Notes under the pieces: generated by a model
The model's input: only the letters and a program-made list of their open reading frames with translations
Told to the model about the DNA's origin: nothing
Databases searched by the model: none
DNA from: Fonticula alba ATCC 38817
Lineage: Eukaryota; Protista; Nucleariida
Direction: 5' to 3' (one strand)
Assembly (NCBI GenBank): GCA_000388065.2
Contig: KB932227.1
Length of the DNA: 5,407 nt
Shown here: positions 1 to 5,407 of the stretch, piece by piece
How positions within the stretch are numbered: the first letter of the stretch is position 1
Layout: each line of letters starts with the position of its first letter
Translations under genes and position numbers: made by a program

Positions 1-190
1 TTCCGTGCCGCATTTTCGGGGCCGCGCCTGCGTCCGGCCCCCGGGCGGCCGGTGAAACAGGCCGCGGCGCGCCACCCGCGGCCGAGGTGCGTGCACGTTC
101 GGCGGGCGCGGCACCTCCTCCGGGCGGGCCGGGCCCCGGCGGCCCCTCGCCGCCCCCCCTCGCCCACACCCGCATCCCGGCCCGGCCCGG

Positions 191-204
191 CCCCCCCCCC
201 CCCC
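191..204. repeat. C14 homopolymer (a second C12 tract lies at 538-549)
   Basis: Read directly from the sequence. Confidence 0.9.
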
Positions 205-1197
205 TGTGAATCCGCCGCTCCGGGCACCGGCGCCCCCGGTCGGCAAGAGACCGGGGGTTTGTGGGCGCGGCGCGGCGAATAGGCAAATGCCGCGTCTTCG
301 CCCGATCACGGCCCGGTGCTCGTCCCGCGGCCTCGCCCTCGTCGGCGGCCTGCCCTGCCAAGCGCTGGCCGGGCGCTGGCGGCGAACGCGCCCCACCGGG
401 CCCGGCGACGCGACCGGGCCGGCTTGCAGGCGGCATGCGAGGGCGAGGGGCCCGACAGCCGGCACACCGGCCCCGGGCGATGGTCGGGCACGCGGCCACG
501 GCCGCGTCTGCGTCGTCCGGGTCGAGGATCTCCCCCGCCCCCCCCCCCCTGGCGAGGGGGCTGGCCGCCGGGGTGGGCTGGCCGGCCGGGCCGGTTCGCA
601 GGCCGACGGGGCAATTTCGTCCGGTCCACGCGCCGGCACCGCATGGGTGTCGCCTCGGCCGGCGGCGAGGCCCGGGGAGGGAGGCGTCGGCCGGGCCGGC
701 CGGCCTAGCCTGGCCTCGGGCCCCGCCTCGCCGGGCCCCTGTGCGCCGGTGTGCGTCATCGGCGCCCCCATGCCCACACCTGGCGCGCATGGGGGGGCCG
801 GAGGTTGCGGTCCCGGCCCCTGGTGTTGCTCTCGTTGGCCGGGCCCGAAGGCCGGCGCCGGGGGTCCCGCCCGCGGCCGGGGGTCTGATCGGCGGGTCGC
901 CCGCGCGAGCCGCCGCACCGCCCAGTCCCGTGCCGGCCATCGCCGCTGGGCCCGGCCCTCTTGGCACCGAGCCGCGCGCGGGAGATCTGCCCCGCCGGCC
1001 GGCCCCGGCACGCATGCCGCGCTTCTGCCTCCCCCGCCCTGGCCAGTGGCTGTGGGGACATGGCGGCGGCGGCGGAGGCCGGCCGCGGGCTGGCCATCCT
1101 CTTGGCAGGCCGGGGCCGTCGCGCGCGGCATGGGCCTCGCCTGCTGGCCCCGCCGATCTCTTTGGCCACGGCGCCCGGGGCATGTCTGCGCGGCCGG

Positions 1198-1358
1198 CCG
1201 GTCCCGGCGAGCTCGATCCAGCGGGGCCAGGGAGTTCAAGCCACCGGCGCTGGCGAGTTCAAGCCACCGGTCCCGGCAAGCTCGATGCACCGGGCCCAGG
1301 GAGTTCAAGCCACCGGCGCTGGCGAGCTCAAGTCACCAACCATGGCAAGCTCGATCCA
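1198..1358. repeat. Tandem array of seven 23-bp units arranged as a 69-bp higher-order repeat (A-B-C-A-B-C-A)
   Basis: Units start at 1198, 1221, 1244, 1267, 1290, 1313 and 1336: ccggtcccggcgagctcgatcca / gcggggccagggagttcaagcca / ccggcgctggcgagttcaagcca / ccggtcccggcaagctcgatgca / ccgggcccagggagttcaagcca / ccggcgctggcgagctcaagtca / ccaaccatggcaagctcgatcca. Confidence 0.93.
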
Positions 1359-1462
1359 CCGGCCGGGCCCGAGCCGATGCCGCTCGATCGCCACGCCGCG
1401 TGCCGGCCATCACCTCCCCCTGGCTCCGGGTCCAGCGCCTGGCCCTTGCTCCGGTGGATGGG

Positions 1463-1762
1463 CCCGCTCCGCCGGCTCCGCCCGCTCTGCCCGCTCTGCC
1501 TACTTTGCCCGCTCTGCCTACTTTGCCCACTCCGCCCGCTCTGCCTACTTTGCCCGCTCTGCCTAGTTTGCCCGCTCCGCCCGCTCTGCTCGCTCCGCCC
1601 GCTCTGCTCGCTCCGCCCGCTCTGCCCGCTCCGCCCGCTCTGCCCACTCCGCCCGCTCTGCTCGCTCCGCCCGCTCCGCCCACTCCACCCCCTCCGCCCG
1701 CTCTTCCCACTCCCCCCCCGCTCCGCCCGCTCTTCCCACTCCCCCCCACTCCACCCGCTCCG
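1463..1762. repeat. 9-bp minisatellite, ~33 copies, consensus CCCGCTCYG (variants CCTACTTTG, CTCGCTCCG, CCCACTCCN)
   Basis: 28 units in exact register over 1463-1714, then 3 + 2 more units after 2-nt and 1-nt C slips. Confidence 0.95.
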
Positions 1763-1774
1763 CCCCATGTGGGG

Positions 1775-1781
1775 TATTTAA
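1775..1781 (+). promoter_or_regulatory. Putative TATA-like element TATTTAA
   Basis: An isolated AT-rich heptamer in a very GC-rich upstream region, 143 nt before the ATG and 12 nt after the GC-box minisatellite. TATTTAA is a known functional TATA variant. No TSS data. Confidence 0.55.
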
Positions 1782-1917
1782 GGTGCCGGCCGCTGCGCCC
1801 GGTCGATGGCCGCTGGAACTATCACACGCTGGACCGCCCGCACGAAGCCCCCCTCGGATCCGTGTCTCCCCTCCCCAGCCCCCCAGCCCCACCCACCCCC
1901 CTCCCCCGGCCGGCCAA

Positions 1918-2031
1918 ATGATCGGCCCGCCCGAAGCCGCGCGCCAGCGGCCGCCCCGGCCCCCGGGCCGGCCGGCACTGGCCTGGCTGCTTCTGCTGGC
2001 TCTGGCCGGGCTGCTAACCCAAACCCAGGCC
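1918..2031 (+). other. N-terminal signal peptide (aa 1-38), predicted cleavage TQA|QT
   Basis: Arg/Pro-rich n-region, hydrophobic core ALAWLLLLALAGLL, and Thr at -3 with Ala at -1, fitting the signal peptidase rule. Judged by eye. Confidence 0.8.
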
Positions 2032-3307
2032 CAGACCATCCCCGACGTCTACCTCTACTCCGGGCTGCAAAAGGTCCAAACCAACGGCGGCCCGGTGGAG
2101 TTCAGCACCCGCGGCAGCGGCGCCAGCCTCATGGGGGCCTGGAATGCGCCGGACTTCTTCGCCTTCTACGAGCAGCGCCTGCCCCTGAGCCCGGTGGCCG
2201 ACCTGCGCCTGGGCTCGCACTTCCACAATGTCCCGCTGACCGGGGTGCCGATCATGCGGCCGCGGCTGGCGCCCGACAGCAAGGTCGTCATGGCCCCGGC
2301 CTTCCACGCGGCCGACATGGCCGAGGTCCTGGAGTACACCCCGACCGCCATCTCCTTCCTCCTGTCCAGTGTCTTCGTGGGGTTCTTCTGCAGCACCGGC
2401 GTGGAGGTGCTCGACTCGCGGTCCATCCTCAAGGGGCTGGTGCAGGTGATCTACCTGTGCGGGCCGGCCGGCCAGACGCGCACCCTCAACCTGCTGAATG
2501 TCGACCGGCTGGGCGACGGGACCCGCCATGCGGAGCTGGCCACCATCCCGGCCAGCTACAAGGGGTTCCTCTATGCCTTCGGCCCGGGCGGGCGCATCAT
2601 CACCCCGGGCGCCCTGAACACCAGCACGCCGTACATCTTCCACCACCACTTCCCGACGGCCAGCTCGCACGAGATCTCCATCATCAGCTCGCTGGCCGGG
2701 GCCCGGCAGGTGGCCACCGCGCGGCTGTTCGACTTCCCGGGCGTGCCCTGCCCGTATGGCGACCTGGTGGCCCTGCTGTCGACCGGCATGCTGTATGTGG
2801 CCGGCTGCTTCGAGGCCAATGGCAACTTCGTGGTGGGGCACATTGCCCCGGTGCCGGCGGCCGTGCCCCAAACCGGGCGCTTCATCAACCTGCCCCTGCA
2901 CGCGGAGCAGCAAATCCACCCGGTCATGTATTACCTGGCCCCGGGGGCCACGCCCCAGGCCGCCAGCACCCTGTGGCAGGTGCACGTCGACAAGGTGACC
3001 GGCATCCAGTGGAAGCGCATGGTCCTGCCGTCGGGGGTCAACCCGGCCGGCGCGCGCCTGCTCCGGCTCCGGGCGCACCCGGCGGCGGCCCTGCGCACGG
3101 CCGTCGTCATCGACGGCGTGGCCTTCTTCGAGGCGGCGGACTTCGGCTGCGCCACCGACCCCACCATCACCTGCGCCAACAGCCCGGCCACCGTGCTGCC
3201 CTCGCGCAATTGGCAATGCAAGCCCACCCGCGCCGAGTCGCCCTTCATCGTGCCGGGCCAGCTGTGTGCCGCCTGCGCGCACGGGCACTACCGCGACTGG
3301 AATGACG
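1918..3307 (+). CDS. Exon 1 of a large secreted/cell-surface Cys-rich (furin-like repeat) protein, probable receptor or adhesin ectodomain; 463 codons + 1 nt
   Basis: ATG at 1918 (MIGPPEAARQRPPRPPGRPALAWLLLLALAGLLTQTQAQ...) is the first ATG in the frame of the 1783..3402 ORF and leads into a signal peptide. Third codon positions are almost all G/C up to 3306. The amino-acid composition is globular and ends in a CXXC segment (QLCAACAHGHYRDWND). The codon bias collapses straight after the GTACGC donor at 3308. Confidence 0.9.
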
Positions 3308-3350
3308 GTACGCCCGGCCGAGGTGCCTGTGCGGCGGCCGGTCCCGCCCG

Positions 3351-3410
3351 CCGGGTGCACCGCCGTTGCTGGCCCTTCCGCCCGGTGCACCGTCGTTGCT
3401 GACCCTTCCG
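3351..3410 (+). repeat. Tandem duplication, 2 x 30 bp (27/30 identical), in the intron
   Basis: ccgggtgcaccgccgttgctggcccttccg (3351-3380) versus cccggtgcaccgtcgttgctgacccttccg (3381-3410). Confidence 0.92.
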
Positions 3411-3416
3411 CCCGCT

Positions 3417-3519
3417 CTTGCTCTCGTCCTTGTTCTCGTCCTTGCTTTCGCCCTTGCTCTCGTCCTTGTTCTCGTCCTTGTTCTCGCCCTTGCTTTCGCC
3501 CTTGCTTTCGCCCTTACTC
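3417..3519 (+). repeat. Intronic pyrimidine-rich 12-bp minisatellite (CTTGYTYTCGYC, at least 8 copies; underlying hexamer YTYGYY) running into the gap
   Basis: Units start at 3417, 3429, 3441, 3453, 3465, 3477, 3489 and 3501, with a partial unit at 3513-3519. Confidence 0.93.
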
Positions 3520-3694
3520 NNNNNNNNNNNNNNNNNNNNNNNNNNNNNNNNNNNNNNNNNNNNNNNNNNNNNNNNNNNNNNNNNNNNNNNNNNNNNNNNN
3601 NNNNNNNNNNNNNNNNNNNNNNNNNNNNNNNNNNNNNNNNNNNNNNNNNNNNNNNNNNNNNNNNNNNNNNNNNNNNNNNNNNNNNNNNNNNNNN
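3520..3694. other. Assembly gap (175 N)
   Basis: Run of N flanked by the 12-bp repeat and a C6(AC)7 tract, as expected for a repeat-induced scaffold gap. Confidence 0.99.
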
Positions 3695-3700
3695 CCCCCC

Positions 3701-3714
3701 ACACACACACACAC
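3701..3714 (+). repeat. (AC)7 microsatellite just before the 3' splice site
   Basis: ccccccacacacacacacacccag at 3695-3718. Confidence 0.9.
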
Positions 3715-3718
3715 CCAG

Positions 3719-5407
3719 CGACCACCCCCTGCAAGCCCTGCCCCAATGGCTGCACCACATGCGACGCCAATGGCTGCATCCTGTGCCCCCTGAACAACCC
3801 AGTCGCCACGCCCGGGCCCTCGTACGGGAAGAACCTCTGCGTCAGCAGCTGCCCGGCCAATCACACCAAGCGCGCCGGGGTGTGCTACCCCACCGGGCTG
3901 GCCCTGCCGGCGGTCAGGGTGGCCCAGGTCCTGCAGTCGGGCTACCCCTTCCCGGATGTGGCCAGCTACCTGGGCCCGACGCACCTGGTGGCCAGCGTGC
4001 CGACCGTGACCAGCCTCTCGCCGGAGGTGCTGGCCAATGGGGACGCCCCGCGGGTGGGCCTGCTGGGCTTCACCTTCGACGGGCGGAAGTTCCTGATGCG
4101 CGGCACGGACGCCGCCCTGCCCGGCGGCCCGAACCCCCTGTACATCTCCCTCTTCGGCCAGTCGGACATGAGCGGCGTCCGGGGGTTCGTCGAGATCGGC
4201 CCCTTCCTGGAGGGCACGCAGCTGGTCCTGGGGCTGGGCTTCTGCCAGGGGGCCCTGCCGTGGGTGGTGTGGGTGTCCTGCCCGGCCAGCACCGGGTCCC
4301 CGTGCGTGGCCGCGGCCAAGGAGTACATCCCGGGCTTCGGCCATGGCTGCCTCGGGGTCCACCGGCTGGGCCCGCGGGAGTTCCTCTACCGCAATGGCCA
4401 GGACGCCACGCCGCGGGTCATGCTGGCCACCTACAAGTCCCCCAAGTCGCTGGACGTCCGGACGATGCACGGCTCGCATGGGGTCCTGCTGCCGGAGAGC
4501 CCGGCCTCCGGGCCCGGCCCCAGCAGCCCGGCCCTGTCCAAGTGGCTGCTCACCCAGCACCCCGGCGGCACGGGCATGACCCAGCCGCTGGCCCTGGCCC
4601 CGGGCGACCCGCGGCTGGACTTCTTCCACGGGTGGGGGCTCATGCGGGCCGGCCCGGCCGGCGGCCTGGTCCAGGTGTCGGCCCCGTGGACCGGCGGCCC
4701 GGCCGCCAACCGCGACGTCGTCCTGACCGGCATCCTGCCCGACGGCCAGTGGGCCGTGGAGGTCCTCCCCCGGGGCGGCGGCGGCATGCTGACCGAGGCC
4801 CGGTCCATCCTGCTGAACCCGGTGGAGCACCGGCTCGGGGCCCCGGCCGGGCGGACCCTCGCCCCCGGCAGGACCTTCTTCGTGGCGGTGGACCTGCCCA
4901 CCGGGCCGGAATACCCGGCGGCCCTGGTCCTCCTGTCGGAGGACATCGTCGGCCTGTCGCTGCTCCGGTGCCTGCCGGCCCCGAACAGCCTGTGCGCCTT
5001 CCTGCCGGCCACCTTCACCACCATCACCCAGCCGCTGGTGGGGGACATCTTCACCGGGACCATGGTCTGGACCGGCCAGCCGCACGCCCACACCGACTTC
5101 ATCAGCATGGTGGTCATCAATGCCTCGGGCCGGGTCCAGCGCCTGGTCTTCCGGCCGGACTGCCCGGCCAGCACCCACGGCCTGCTGTGCCAGCCCTGCC
5201 ACGCGGCCTGCCTCGGCGCCTGCACCGGGCCCGGCGACCACCAGTGCACCGCCTGCAAGTTCCACCTGCCCAATTCCCCGGCCGCCTGCCTGGCCGCCTG
5301 CCCGGCCGGCACCTTCGCCGGGGGGGCCAGCGGCCCGTGCGCCGCCTGCCCGGCCGGCTGCACCGCCTGCACCGGGGCCGCCGCCTGCACGGCCTGCTCG
5401 GCCGGGC
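3719..5407 (+). CDS. Exon 2 (3' partial) of the same protein: rest of Cys-rich linker, second beta-rich domain, furin-like repeats; 562 full codons, no stop in window
   Basis: Hand translation with codons starting at 3721 gives TTPCKPCPNGCTTCDANGCILCPLNNP...RPDCPASTHGLLCQPCHAACLGACTGPGDHQCTACKFHLPNSPAACLAACPAGTFAGGASGPCAACPAGCTACTGAAACTACSAG with no stop. Only about 13 of 562 codons end in A/T. The phase-1 join G+CG (Ala) rebuilds a continuous repeat CAACAHGHYRDWND-A-TTPCKPC. Absent from the supplied ORF track. Confidence 0.92.
5161..5407 (+). other. Furin-like (FU) Cys-rich repeats, aa 945 onward, truncated by window end
   Basis: CQPCHAACLGACTGPGDHQCTAC (5188-5256) closely matches the canonical FU pattern CxxCHxxCxxCxGPxxxxCxxC. 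It is followed by CLAACPAGTF...CAACPAGCTAC...CTAC. Confidence 0.88.

Larger units (their letters stand above)
3308..3718 (+). other. Spliceosomal GT-AG intron, phase 1 (nominally 411 nt; true length uncertain because of N gap)
   Basis: Donor GACG|GTACGC at 3308; branch-like CTGAC at 3399-3403; long pyrimidine-rich tract; acceptor CCCAG|CG at 3717-3718. Removal keeps the frame and removes the in-frame TGA at 3400-3402. The donor position is less certain than the acceptor because in-phase GTs also occur at 3323, 3329 and 3341. Confidence 0.85.
3148..3885 (+). other. Cys-rich furin-like/CXXC linker (aa 411-519), interrupted by the intron
   Basis: GCATDPTITC...WQC...QLCAACAHGHY / PCKPCPNGCTTCDANGCILC...NLCVSSCPANHTKRAGVC; the Cys spacing is typical of furin-like/growth-factor-receptor Cys-rich repeats. 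Confidence 0.8.

Noticed and set aside
233-260. Rho-independent terminator or Helitron 3' end
   Set aside because: The locus is eukaryotic and the T run is only 3 nt. No CTRR lies at the expected spacing from the hairpin on either strand.
369-395. GCCGGGCGC..TGGCG resembling the 5' end of 7SL/Alu
   Set aside because: Short GC-only gapped match. The following conserved TGTAGTCCCAGC segment is absent and the B-box-like motifs are over 800 nt away.
1198-1358. CRISPR array, tRNA/SINE, or nuclear-receptor AGTTCA half-site array
   Set aside because: Units are contiguous with no unique spacers and no cas genes. There is no A-box, cloverleaf or paired T-stem. Nuclear receptors are animal-specific and nothing here indicates an animal genome.
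929-1411. 13-bp direct repeat CGTGCCGGCCATC at 929-941 and 1399-1411 flanking the 23-bp array (possible target-site duplication)
   Set aside because: A rough estimate gives about one such 13-mer match by chance in 1.8 kb at this composition. No terminal inverted repeats or poly-A tail were seen. It would be revived if an empty-site allele were found.
1783-1917. GTG start and 45-aa N-terminal extension given by the ORF track
   Set aside because: Eukaryotic context; it starts 2 nt after the TATA-like element, so it is probably not in the mRNA. The ATG at 1918 places the signal peptide properly.
206-1921. 571-aa Pro/Ala/Arg-rich + ORF and the other overlapping ORFs in 52-2039
   Set aside because: Stop codons are rare at this GC content. 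All frames look equally low-complexity and there is no third-position bias. The PALPTLP, LRPLCP and ERAERA repeats are just the 9-bp array read in different frames.
2014-3390. 458-aa minus-strand ORF
   Set aside because: Antisense shadow of exon 1, expected when third positions are nearly all G/C; no recognisable domain.
3417-3519. Charged ESKG/ENKD repeat peptide on the minus strand
   Set aside because: It is the translation of the intronic 12-bp pyrimidine repeat, and the ORF only exists by reading through Ns.
3514-5390. Minus-strand ORFs 3514-5265, 4431-5390 and 3966-4328
   Set aside because: Antisense shadows of exon 2. The + frame has the codon bias and the furin-like motifs.
1918-5407. 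Calling the gene furin/PCSK5, a kinase or a Giardia-type VSP
   Set aside because: Only generic Cys-rich repeats match. No subtilase catalytic motifs, kinase motifs, TM helix or VSP tail are in the window, so no gene symbol is given.

Overview
Very GC-rich eukaryotic genomic DNA with one gene. It is a + strand spliced gene (exon 1 1918-3307, phase-1 intron 3308-3718 containing a 175-N assembly gap, exon 2 3719->5407, open at the window edge). It encodes at least 1026 aa of a secreted or cell-surface protein. The layout is signal peptide, ~370-aa uncharacterised beta-rich domain A, Cys-rich furin-like linker, ~400-aa domain B, then furin-like CXXC repeats that run off the window. The supplied ORF track misses exon 2 and reads exon 1 into the intron. 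Hand alignment suggests A and B are diverged copies of one module. Composition and architecture recall the expanded furin-repeat receptor (often TKL kinase) genes of the amoeba Fonticula alba; this is an inference from memory, and no TM or kinase domain is visible here. Bases 1-1917 look non-coding. They hold a 23-bp x7 higher-order array whose units all carry a Pol III B-box-like motif, a ~33-copy 9-bp GC-box/G4 minisatellite, and a TATTTAA element. The other long ORFs are high-GC shadow or repeat-derived frames.
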